Made by a program: the position numbers and the translations under genes
The notes under the pieces: generated by a model
Database searches by the model: none
What the model saw: the letters and a program-made list of their open reading frames with translations, nothing else
What the model was told of the DNA's origin: nothing
In this document: piece after piece, positions 34,964 to 43,703 of the stretch
Layout of the letters: the number at the start of each line of letters is the position of its first letter
Position numbering within the stretch: the first letter of the stretch is position 1
Virus record (IMG/VR): IMGVR_UViG_3300049482_000051
Coordinates: 1-52,570 of that record
Direction: 5' to 3' (one strand)
Source of the DNA: a virus
Taxonomy: Duplodnaviria; Caudoviricetes
DNA length: 52,570 nt

Positions 34964-35551
34964 ATGCTACTCGGGAACTACAACGTACTGTCGAAGGGGC
35001 CTGGACGGGCCCTCGGCGGCAGCACGGTTTCCGGGGATCGCAGTAACTTCAATAAAGCCGGGGCTGCCCGGAATATGAACGTCAACGAGTACTGGTCGCA
35101 GTACGCGGCGGTTCCGCTGGGCTACGCGCCGGGTGGCGCCTGGGTTCCCGCTATCAAGGCAGGCTACATCGCTGCGCGCTACCAAGCGTCCTTTGCCTTC
35201 AGCGGCGCCGTGGTTCTTGGTACTGCCGGGACGCTCGCCGGTGCCTCGTCCTTCACGTTCACGGCCTCGTCGGTATCCTACGCGGTTGGCGTCCTGGAAG
35301 GCCACATCACGCCGTTCACTACCCTGTCGCCGGAGAACCTGGCTATCGCCGTCTGGGAAGCCCAGTTGGTAGACCACACTGCTCCCGGCAGCTTTGGTGA
35401 ATCTGTTGGTTCTGGCGTTACTATCAATCCTCAAGACGTTCGCGATGCCATGATGTTGGCCCCCACGCCAGGATCCCCGGCAGCCGACTCCATTGACTCT
35501 GACCTCGACAAAATCAAGTCCCTCGCGGGACTCATCCCGGCGGCACTCTAA
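34964..35551 (+). CDS. virion structural protein
   Basis: Ala/Gly-rich; AVWEAQLVDHTAPGSFG motif; part of the same operon. Confidence 0.55.
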   Translation: MLLGNYNVLSKGPGRALGGSTVSGDRSNFNKAGAARNMNVNEYWSQYAAVPLGYAPGGAWVPAIKAGYIAARYQASFAFSGAVVLGTAGTLAGASSFTFTASSVSYAVGVLEGHITPFTTLSPENLAIAVWEAQLVDHTAPGSFGESVGSGVTINPQDVRDAMMLAPTPGSPAADSIDSDLDKIKSLAGLIPAAL

Positions 35552-35841
35552 TGCTCAGATACAACCAGAAAACTGGCGACTTCTCACTGGCTCCCGGTGC
35601 CCTGGCCTGCCTCATCGCTGGCGTGTTCGGCTTTGGCGGCTGGATGACCAAGATGCAGTACGATGTCAGCGGCTGGTACGATGTCGCCGCCAGAGTCAAG
35701 AATATCGAGAGAGTCCTCATCTATAACCGCCTGGACGCCCCAGACATTCTTGGAGGCCCTATATGGCCCGATCCCTCGTTGCCCTCGCCTTACTGGCCTG
35801 CCTTGGTCTCTTCTCAGGCTGTGGTCACGAAGCGCGAGTAG
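35551..35841 (+). CDS. single-TM protein, holin candidate
   Basis: ALACLIAGVFGFGGW helix; overlaps the downstream lipoprotein gene. Confidence 0.4.
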   Translation: MLRYNQKTGDFSLAPGALACLIAGVFGFGGWMTKMQYDVSGWYDVAARVKNIERVLIYNRLDAPDILGGPIWPDPSLPSPYWPALVSSQAVVTKRE

Positions 35842-36368
35842 GCGTCCGTAACGTCGAGGAAGCCGGGAAATACCTGGCTACCCAAGGGCCTGACGACTTG
35901 ACTCGGGCACTCGGGCGCTCCATTGCCCAGCAAGCCGGAGCCAGCGCCGATCAGATGGACCTGCTGCTCTGGGGTCTCCTAGCGCGCAAGACCGGGGCCA
36001 CCGTGACTGCCCAGGACTGGAAAGACAGCCCCGCTGCCGCAGAACGCATGAGCGAGAAGCAGGCCGTGACCATCCAGCGCGAGACCGCCCGAATCCAGGC
36101 GATTTCAGGCAGTATCTTTGAAAGCCTAGGCTTGGCCACGGGTCTCACCGGAACGGGCTTCGTTGGCCTTGCGTTGGCCTTCATGCTCAAGAATCAGGCT
36201 ACCCTCCGCGCGGGCCTCGATCGTGCCGTAGCTTTCGGTGAACGCCTGAAGACCGTCAAGCCAGGCAAAGAAACCGAAGACGTCGAAAAAGAGTTCCGAG
36301 AACTCCCAGAGAATCCAGCCCTCAAGAAGTCTCTTGCTAAGGTCAAAAAGACCAGTAAGGTGTCGTAA
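35763..36368 (+). CDS. lipoprotein with a second TM segment; unimolecular-spanin-like candidate
   Basis: Signal peptide with lipobox LFSG-C at residue 20; later hydrophobic segment LGLATGLTGTGFVGLALAFML. Confidence 0.5.
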   Translation: MARSLVALALLACLGLFSGCGHEARVGVRNVEEAGKYLATQGPDDLTRALGRSIAQQAGASADQMDLLLWGLLARKTGATVTAQDWKDSPAAAERMSEKQAVTIQRETARIQAISGSIFESLGLATGLTGTGFVGLALAFMLKNQATLRAGLDRAVAFGERLKTVKPGKETEDVEKEFRELPENPALKKSLAKVKKTSKVS

Positions 36369-38503
36369 TGGACCAGGAGCCTATGTACGAGGAAGAGCCA
36401 GTTGTCGATGAGACTCTGGTCGAGGAAGTTGTTGAGCCCGAGGAAGATGTTGAGCCCGAGGAAGATGCCTCGGAAGCGTCTAAAATCGACGAGTTCGAGA
36501 AGCTCGTCAAGATTCCGTCGTGGTGCCAAGACACGTTTACGTGGATGGACGACGACGCGCGCTACGTGGCCGAAGACTGCCAGTACGCGAACAAAGACGA
36601 CGAAGACACGATTTCGACCAACTACATCCTGCGTAACCAGTATGTACTGATTTCCCAGATTTACGCCCGCAATCCGACGGCTCGTATCCAGCCCGCGCCC
36701 ATGATGGGTCCGCAGCCCCCGGGTCTTCAAGAGTTTGCGAAGACGCTTGAGATCGTAGCCAAGCGCCTGACTGACGAAGCCGACTTCCGTCGCAAGCTCG
36801 GCGGCGCAATCCAAGACGTTCAGACCCATGGCATCGCGTGGCTCAAAGCTACCACGCAGCAAGACATCGCCAAGGATCCGTTGGGCCAGGCTCGCCACGA
36901 CGACCAGTTGGACAACATTGCCCGGTTGCAGTGCCTGCTCAATGAGTTCCAGAACGGCGACTTCAACGAAGACAGTTCCGAGTACGCGGACCTCCGCGAC
37001 CTGTCTGACACCGTGCGCGTCTACCTCGCCGGGAATCTCCGCGAAGACATGGCACGCAATCCTCCCATGCCTGTTTCGTCGTTTGACGCCATGGGCATGG
37101 AGACCCTGGTCCCCGACCCGGGTGATCCGCGCGTAGCCCAGCTTTCGCAGATGGAAGACCCGAATACCCAGATGGAACCCGGGATGCTCCCGGAAGTCCC
37201 GGTATTCATGGGCATCAACATCGACGAAGTCCTGCCGCACGATGTCCGCTTTGACTGGAGCATCACGCGCCCCGAAGACTTCTACAACGCTGCCTGGGTC
37301 GCCCACCGCGTCTACATGACGCCGGACGACATCAACATGCGCTGGAAGGTCGACCGCGAAGATTTGGATTACTGCGTGTCCAAAGCCAAGGGCGGACGCA
37401 GCGATAAGCGCCGCACGGCTGACGACGAGAACCAGGCTAACCGCGACGGCGCGGGCGGCACCGGGTCCGATCGCAACATGAACGGCATGGTCAGCGTCTG
37501 GGAAATGTGGGACAAGAATACTTGCCGCCGCTACGTCTGGGTTGAAGGCATGTCCAAGTTCCTGGTGAACGAGGTCGTCAAGAACTCGTGGCACCGCTTC
37601 TATCCGTTCTTCCCGCTGCTGTTTAACCGCGTAACCGGAAGATTTCTTCCTGTTTCCGATGTTACACTACAGCGGCCTCTACAAGAGGAGATCAACCGGA
37701 AGCGCACTCACTTCAATGAGGCCCAAGGCGCCGCGTATCCGCGCTTTGTCGTGGCAGCCGGTGCTATCTCGACCGACGAGAAGGACCGCCTGGAACGTGC
37801 GCTGCCGTACTCAGTTACCGAGTTGCAACATCCAGATACCGTCGACATCAAAGAGTTGACGCCGATGAAGATTGACCCGATGCTCTATGACAAGAGCGAC
37901 GCGGTCCGAGAGATTGAGATTTCCGCTGGTATCCCACAGCAGGCCGCTGGCGGCGTTGGTGGCGCCGAGTTCGCTACGGAAGTCGCCGTGGCCAATCAGC
38001 AAATGGGCGTCCAGGCCGATCGCCGTCGCACCGTGATCGAAGAGCTTATCCGCGATGTCAATGAGTGTGTGGTCGAAATGGCCCTCCAGATGTTCCCAGA
38101 AGAGAACATTAAGGCCATGGCCGGTATCGGCGCCGTTTGGCCCCTAATCGACCGCGACCACCTGTGGCGCCAACTCCACGTCGTCATCATGCCTGGGATG
38201 TCCGGCAAGCCAGATACCGAGAAGGTCCTGGCCAAGTGGACCCAGTTCGCCGACCTCATGAACCGCCTTGGCCTCGTGGTCAATGCACCCGAGGTCGGCC
38301 GCAAGATCGTGGACGAACTAGACTTGGGTATCGACTTTGACCGCTATGTGATGCAGCCTCCGATGGCCGGAGCGCCTGTTGGTCCTGGCGGTGAAGGCGC
38401 AGCCCCGACTGGCCCCGGAGCCGGAGCGCCGCCGATGGCAGAGCGTTCTGGGCCTCCCAAGCCGGAAAACGTAAACAACCGGCCCACAGGCAAGACCGCC
38501 TAA
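36368..38503 (+). CDS. portal protein (P22-like podovirus type)
   Basis: 711 aa; IYARNP, G.AWLK, VSVWEMWDK, LQEEINR, ATEV motifs; Pro/Gly tail; precedes scaffold and capsid. Confidence 0.85.
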   Translation: MDQEPMYEEEPVVDETLVEEVVEPEEDVEPEEDASEASKIDEFEKLVKIPSWCQDTFTWMDDDARYVAEDCQYANKDDEDTISTNYILRNQYVLISQIYARNPTARIQPAPMMGPQPPGLQEFAKTLEIVAKRLTDEADFRRKLGGAIQDVQTHGIAWLKATTQQDIAKDPLGQARHDDQLDNIARLQCLLNEFQNGDFNEDSSEYADLRDLSDTVRVYLAGNLREDMARNPPMPVSSFDAMGMETLVPDPGDPRVAQLSQMEDPNTQMEPGMLPEVPVFMGINIDEVLPHDVRFDWSITRPEDFYNAAWVAHRVYMTPDDINMRWKVDREDLDYCVSKAKGGRSDKRRTADDENQANRDGAGGTGSDRNMNGMVSVWEMWDKNTCRRYVWVEGMSKFLVNEVVKNSWHRFYPFFPLLFNRVTGRFLPVSDVTLQRPLQEEINRKRTHFNEAQGAAYPRFVVAAGAISTDEKDRLERALPYSVTELQHPDTVDIKELTPMKIDPMLYDKSDAVREIEISAGIPQQAAGGVGGAEFATEVAVANQQMGVQADRRRTVIEELIRDVNECVVEMALQMFPEENIKAMAGIGAVWPLIDRDHLWRQLHVVIMPGMSGKPDTEKVLAKWTQFADLMNRLGLVVNAPEVGRKIVDELDLGIDFDRYVMQPPMAGAPVGPGGEGAAPTGPGAGAPPMAERSGPPKPENVNNRPTGKTA

Positions 38504-38533
38504 GGCCCTTGACATAACCAGGAGTTATGGTAT

Positions 38534-39646
38534 ATGAGTATCGAAGATGAGGATAAACTGCCGGATTCCTCAGCCGGCGAGGGTGATTCAACCGCGTCCA
38601 ACACACCCGTGGACGGTAAAGCAGATGAGGTCTCCAGGGAACCATCGGAGACCGGATCGCCGGAAGCTCAGAAATCGACAAAGTCTGAGAACCGTGAAAA
38701 GCTGATTAAGGAACTCTCGCAGCCGGAAGCGGTTGACGATGAGGAAGACGAGGAAGATGAGCCTGAAGTAGGCGAAACCGAGGAAGTACCCGAGGCCAAA
38801 AAGCCGGAGGAAAAAGCCGGTGAGCGCGAAGAGCCCGAAAGCTCCGAGCACGATACTTCAGACCGTCGGAGTAAGGCGCAGCAGAAGTTTGAGAAACTCA
38901 CGACTCATAACCGTGAACTCAAAAAGAAGCTCGACGAAGCCACGCCGTTCGCGGCATACGGTCAGTCGATGTTCAACTACTGCAAGGACGCCGGACTTTC
39001 GACGGAGAAGCTTGGCCTGTGGCTGTCAGTAGCCGCAGACGCCGAGAAGAACCCGGGTGGGGCCAAGCAGAACTTGGAGCGCCTAGGAATCAAGCTCGAT
39101 CCAGTGCGCGAGGTCGTCAAAGAGATCCCCGTGGAACTCGAAGACGCCTTGCTGGACATGACGACCAATGGCCAAGTCGCCCCCGAGGCGTTCAAGGCTC
39201 TGGTTGGGATGATCCGGAAAGCACGGGCTTCAACTCCCCCGCCTGCTCCTGAACCGGCTCCTGTGCAACGCCAAAGCGCGCCCGCACCGACCGCTGCCCC
39301 ACAAGCAACTGATCCGCGCAAAGCGGTGTACGACCAAGACCTCGCAAGAGCCGTGGCCGACATTGACGAACGCGAAACTCAGCTTGCCGCGAAGTATCCT
39401 GCGGACTGGCCGAAACTGAAAGCCCAGATTGCAGAGTCGTTCAAACGCTATCGTGGAACCGATCCAAAGATGTGGAAGGGTTTCTTCGAGGAAGAGTTGA
39501 ACAAAGTCATCGCGAAGGCTAAGCGTCCCGTTGTTCCCCCCGCTTCCAAGGCTCCAATCCGTCCGTCAACAACCTCCTCGGCACAGAAGCCCCCGACCAC
39601 AGGTCGCGCGGCACTGATCGCCGAAATCACCGGAAAATCCCGGTAA
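38534..39646 (+). CDS. capsid scaffolding protein
   Basis: Acidic disordered N-terminus and coiled coil; lies between portal and capsid. Confidence 0.75.
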   Translation: MSIEDEDKLPDSSAGEGDSTASNTPVDGKADEVSREPSETGSPEAQKSTKSENREKLIKELSQPEAVDDEEDEEDEPEVGETEEVPEAKKPEEKAGEREEPESSEHDTSDRRSKAQQKFEKLTTHNRELKKKLDEATPFAAYGQSMFNYCKDAGLSTEKLGLWLSVAADAEKNPGGAKQNLERLGIKLDPVREVVKEIPVELEDALLDMTTNGQVAPEAFKALVGMIRKARASTPPPAPEPAPVQRQSAPAPTAAPQATDPRKAVYDQDLARAVADIDERETQLAAKYPADWPKLKAQIAESFKRYRGTDPKMWKGFFEEELNKVIAKAKRPVVPPASKAPIRPSTTSSAQKPPTTGRAALIAEITGKSR

Positions 39647-39658
39647 AGGCACACTCCC

Positions 39659-40762
39659 ATGGCTACCGCATCCCCCGAAGTGCTTCAGCGCATTTCTTAC
39701 TCTGTTTACAACGACGTGATGAATCGCAAGAAAGCGATCATCCTCGACCGCAAGGACATGGCGTACTTTGCCTTCTTGATGAAGCGCAAGGAATCCAGCG
39801 GCCAAGCGGGCGGCTCGACCACGATTAAGCTCCAGAAGGACGGTGGTTTTACCATGCAGTTCTGGGAACGTCGCGATCCTCTCGCGTTCCAGGAAGCCAA
39901 CATCGAACTGGAAATCAGCTTCCCGTTCACCAACGTCCACCAGGGCTTCGAGGTCGTGCACGAAGACCTCTACAAGATGGGCTACCTCATCAAGCCGAAC
40001 GGCACCAGCAAGGCTTCGGGCGCTGCTTCGCGCCTCTCAGAGGACGAAGTCAACGTCCTGGCCGACTGGTTCGACCGCGTTCTGGAAGAGTGGGACGACT
40101 CGTTCGACCGTAACATGGAAATTGCCTGGGCCCGCGATGGCTCGTACAACTCCAAGGCTCCGGTTGGCTTGGACGGCCTCATCAACCTGACCCCGACCAC
40201 GGGCACCATCGGTGGTAAGAGCCGCGCTAACCCGCTGCTCCAGCACACCGTGTCCACTGGCCTGACCACCACGGCGCTCACCGGTACCCTGATTACCGGC
40301 ATGACTGCGGCTCGTCGGGAAGCTAATACCTTCTCGCGCGGTACCGGCAGCCCGAGCGGCGGCATCGACCTGATCCTGGTCGGCGACAGCTTCCTGGATG
40401 CCTACGTCCAGTACGCGCGCAACAACGGTATCCAGTACCAGAAGCAGATCGGCGGCCCGATCAGCAAGCTGGACCTGGGTATCCCGGAGAGCGGTTACGA
40501 GTTCGAGGGCCTGCCCCTCGTCCGCGCGAACGTCTTCCGCGACCTGGATGTCCTGGAGCCGAGTGCGACCGTTCCCTGGGCCAAGCGGGCGTACATGCTG
40601 AACAGCAAGTCGTTCCACTTCCTGGAAATGGCTGGCCTGGATAAGTTCCAGAGCCGCGCTGCTGATGCGAGCGACCAGCGTGTCTCGCGCTTCTCGATGG
40701 ACGGGCGTTACTGCCTGGCCGTGAGTGCGCCGAACCGCAATGCGCTCGTGGCGGTTGCCTAA
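39659..40762 (+). CDS. major capsid protein
   Basis: 367 aa, strongly biased codons, DG.....P.GL..LI motif, after the scaffold and before a terminator. Confidence 0.85.
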   Translation: MATASPEVLQRISYSVYNDVMNRKKAIILDRKDMAYFAFLMKRKESSGQAGGSTTIKLQKDGGFTMQFWERRDPLAFQEANIELEISFPFTNVHQGFEVVHEDLYKMGYLIKPNGTSKASGAASRLSEDEVNVLADWFDRVLEEWDDSFDRNMEIAWARDGSYNSKAPVGLDGLINLTPTTGTIGGKSRANPLLQHTVSTGLTTTALTGTLITGMTAARREANTFSRGTGSPSGGIDLILVGDSFLDAYVQYARNNGIQYQKQIGGPISKLDLGIPESGYEFEGLPLVRANVFRDLDVLEPSATVPWAKRAYMLNSKSFHFLEMAGLDKFQSRAADASDQRVSRFSMDGRYCLAVSAPNRNALVAVA

Positions 40763-40799
40763 GAATTAAGGGCGGGTTTACTCCTGGCCTGCCCTGGCA

Positions 40800-40835
40800 C
40801 CCCTGGACCTAAAAAGTCCAGGGGTTGCTTTTTCT
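40800..40835 (+). terminator. intrinsic terminator after the capsid gene
   Basis: CCCCTGGAC/GTCCAGGGG stem followed by TTGCTTTTTCT. Confidence 0.7.
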
Positions 40836-40871
40836 CCAGGATACGATAAGACCCCTTATACAGGAGTTCTC

Positions 40872-41498
40872 ATGACCATTTTTAAGATCCCGAAGGTTGC
40901 CGTGTATATCCCCGGCGACACCTCGCGCATTCGATTCGTCCCGGAATACTGCTACCCGCTGTTCAAGCGCGTGCATTCCAAAGTTGCCGACCCCATCGGC
41001 GACCCGGTTCGTATCGTCCCCCACCCCAAAGAAGTCAAGCTCTACAACGCCTACTGGCACGAGATTGAAGCCGACAGCATCGAACAGGCGCTCGTCATCG
41101 AATCCCGTGCACTTCGCGCCGAGTTTGGCATTGACGCCAAGACTAACGATTATCTCTTCGACGCCGTGTACGGCGATGGTGTCTTCGACGCCGTGTTCGC
41201 CAAGGCCTACGCCAGTACCGACAGCCTCAAGGACGATCCGATTCGCCGCGACCCCGCTGATAACATTGCTGACATCTGTGCCGAAGTCGGCCTGGACCAC
41301 AAGGTTGCCCGCAAGCTGGTTGCCACTGGCTACCTGGATGTCGAAGCCCTGGCCATCGCGGACATCGACCAACTGAGCCCGCTGGTTGGCAAGGTTCGCG
41401 CAGGCCGTATCATCGCCATCGCCACCAAGCGCATTGACGCCCTGATCGACGCAGGCCCGGAAGCCCAGATCGCTGGCGCCAAAGCAAAGGCAAAGTAA
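40872..41498 (+). CDS. protein with a C-terminal helix-hairpin-helix domain
   Basis: GLDHKVARKLVATGYLDVEALAIADIDQLSPLVGKVRAGRII (NusA-AR/RadA-N-like HhH); AGGAG Shine-Dalgarno. Confidence 0.7.
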   Translation: MTIFKIPKVAVYIPGDTSRIRFVPEYCYPLFKRVHSKVADPIGDPVRIVPHPKEVKLYNAYWHEIEADSIEQALVIESRALRAEFGIDAKTNDYLFDAVYGDGVFDAVFAKAYASTDSLKDDPIRRDPADNIADICAEVGLDHKVARKLVATGYLDVEALAIADIDQLSPLVGKVRAGRIIAIATKRIDALIDAGPEAQIAGAKAKAK

Positions 41499-41501
41499 GC
41501 C

Positions 41502-42245
41502 ATGACCCTCCCGCTGCACCCAACCCTTGGTGAATTGCGTAACGAAGTATTGCTTCGGTGCGGCTACTCGACTACAGGGAACCAGGCAGCGGGTGTCATC
41601 CCCGTTACTGATAGTTATATTGCTGGTTCGGAAAAGGAATTGTTCTACGAGTGTGAATGGTTGAAGTCTGTGCGGCGCACGAGCGTCGACCTTGTCGCAG
41701 ACAACAACGTGGTGGATTGGCCGGATGAAAGTGCGCCGGGGGAGATTACGCTGGTTGTTGTTCTCAAGGAGAATGACGACGGCACGATCTCGCGGTACGA
41801 AGTGGCCCCCGGCGCACGGCTCCAGGAGCGTGACGCCTCAGAAGTTGACGATGACGATGACTCCGAGCGTTGCCCTGCGGTCTACGAGTTAGTGGACGAC
41901 GTGATCTATCTGTACCCGTCACCGACGGTGGAGTACCTGACGCTTGAGATTGATTATCGTGCCCAGCCCTCATTGCTCCAGGAAACCGATCGTACTCTGG
42001 TAGACGGAGAACTCCTGGTTCAGCGCGCAGTCTTCAAGCTTAAAGAATACCTGGCGCTCCCGATGGGCCAGAAAGAAATGATGGACCACGAGCGCTACTT
42101 GGCTCGGCTCCGGGCGTCGAACAGCCAGAGAGACGGGATCCAGCTTGGCGGGCATCGCTCGTACAAGACCCGTATGCAGAACAAGAACCGAGTGACCGAA
42201 TACGGCGCTCCAAGTAATGGCTTCAATACCTTTCACCCTTGGTAA
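41502..42245 (+). CDS. head-tail adaptor
   Basis: TLGELRNEVLLRCG N-terminus, IYLYPSP motif; position after the capsid. Confidence 0.7.
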   Translation: MTLPLHPTLGELRNEVLLRCGYSTTGNQAAGVIPVTDSYIAGSEKELFYECEWLKSVRRTSVDLVADNNVVDWPDESAPGEITLVVVLKENDDGTISRYEVAPGARLQERDASEVDDDDDSERCPAVYELVDDVIYLYPSPTVEYLTLEIDYRAQPSLLQETDRTLVDGELLVQRAVFKLKEYLALPMGQKEMMDHERYLARLRASNSQRDGIQLGGHRSYKTRMQNKNRVTEYGAPSNGFNTFHPW

Positions 42246-42248
42246 TCT

Positions 42249-43703
42249 ATGGCTGCCCGCAAAGATCCCGGTAATATCGGTAACTTCTCCGGCCTGGATC
42301 TGCGTCGGTCTCCGGCGACTTCGGACCCCTCGTCTCTTCGCGTAGCCGAAAACGTCAGCCTCGTTGTGGGTGGCAAGATTGCTACGCGCCCTCGTCTCGT
42401 AAAACTCTGCGACGTCTCAAGCGAAACTGTAGGACTCTACAGCGCCGACGGGCTACTGCGTACTGTGTGTCCGGGTGGCCAAAGCCTCCAGGACGCGCGA
42501 CCCTCTGAAATCTGGTACGATGTCATTGGAAATGGAGCGTCCTACGCTCTCGGAACCTTGTCGCGTCTCCACGCCATGGAACTTGCGGCTGCGGCCACGG
42601 CGGGCAAAGCGTATCCGTACGTCGCGGTCGAGAACACCTCTGGGCGCATCGAGCACCACTGGTGCAACGCGGCTCCGGTGAACCAAGCTGACCCCGTGGA
42701 CACCCAGGTTACGTTGCCCTTTGATCCGGGTCGCTGCCTCGTCAAGTCCCAGAACAAGCTGTTCGCCGACGATCCAAGCGCCGGAGTCCTACGTTTCTCA
42801 GCAACCACCACGGACCCTAAAGACTGGTCCAAGGCTCGCGACGCCGGATTCCTCGCGGTTCGCCGCATGAGCGCAGGCGCCACGAACATCGTCGGCCTGA
42901 GTTACTTCAAGGAATACGTTGCGGTAATCTTCGAGGATTCAATCCAACTTTGGAAGATGGCGCCAGACCCGGCAGCCATTACGTTCGGCACGGCCCTAAA
43001 CGGCCCTGGAACCGAAGCTAGCCGTGTGACGACCAATGTCCTCGGCGACATGTTCTATTTCAGTCGCGGTGGCTTTAGGTCCCTCAGCCGTAGCCTAGTT
43101 ACCGGAGACAACAAGGCCGAGGACATCGGAGCCAAGATCACGGCGCTTACGAGCACCGAAGACGTCTCAGCCGTAGAGCCCCTGGCCATCTGGTCCGAAG
43201 CTCGCTCGCAGTTCATTGCGGTCTTTGGCACCACCGTGTACGTCCTGACCTACTCGCCGTCCACGGAGTGCGTGGGCTGGACGACCTGGGAACTCCCTGT
43301 TGCCCTGGAGTACCTGGTTGAGCACGACGGCGGGCTGTACGGTCGCGCGGGCGACACGGTCTACCAGTTTAGTGACGAAGTCTCAGAAGACACGGCTGGC
43401 CCCGTGACGTTCGACGTTGCCCTGGCCTTCCAGACTATGGGCTACGCGGGGCGCAAGAAGTCCTTCCGCTGGGTCGACCTGGTTCAGACGGGCTCTTCGC
43501 GCATGAACTTCCACATTGATCCGACTAACCCCGACGTAGCCGAGTTCCCCATTGGCATTGCGACTTCCGGGGACACCTTCAACGGTGGGCGCATCGCTAT
43601 CAATCGCATCGGCGACGCCCTAGGCTTCCGGTTCAGCGGTACCGGGATCTGGGAGCTTGACTCGGTGCTCCTTGACGCTATGACTCTGAGAGGGCGCGGG
43701 TAA
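42249..43703 (+). CDS. tail nozzle/stabilisation protein (P22 gp10/T7 gp12-like)
   Basis: NFSGLD...AENV N-terminus, beta-propeller-like body, GWTTW motif. Confidence 0.7.
   Translation: MAARKDPGNIGNFSGLDLRRSPATSDPSSLRVAENVSLVVGGKIATRPRLVKLCDVSSETVGLYSADGLLRTVCPGGQSLQDARPSEIWYDVIGNGASYALGTLSRLHAMELAAAATAGKAYPYVAVENTSGRIEHHWCNAAPVNQADPVDTQVTLPFDPGRCLVKSQNKLFADDPSAGVLRFSATTTDPKDWSKARDAGFLAVRRMSAGATNIVGLSYFKEYVAVIFEDSIQLWKMAPDPAAITFGTALNGPGTEASRVTTNVLGDMFYFSRGGFRSLSRSLVTGDNKAEDIGAKITALTSTEDVSAVEPLAIWSEARSQFIAVFGTTVYVLTYSPSTECVGWTTWELPVALEYLVEHDGGLYGRAGDTVYQFSDEVSEDTAGPVTFDVALAFQTMGYAGRKKSFRWVDLVQTGSSRMNFHIDPTNPDVAEFPIGIATSGDTFNGGRIAINRIGDALGFRFSGTGIWELDSVLLDAMTLRGRG

Noticed and set aside
36194-37594. 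Long antisense ORFs (also 1108-1959, 32909-33778, 47005-48372, 48963-50093)
   Set aside because: They are shadows of GC-rich codon bias opposite well-supported genes and have no recognisable motifs.
38509-38536. TTGACA...TATATG as the promoter of the scaffold gene
   Set aside because: The -10 candidate overlaps the scaffold start codon, so it cannot produce the full-length mRNA; kept only as an example in the palindrome finding.
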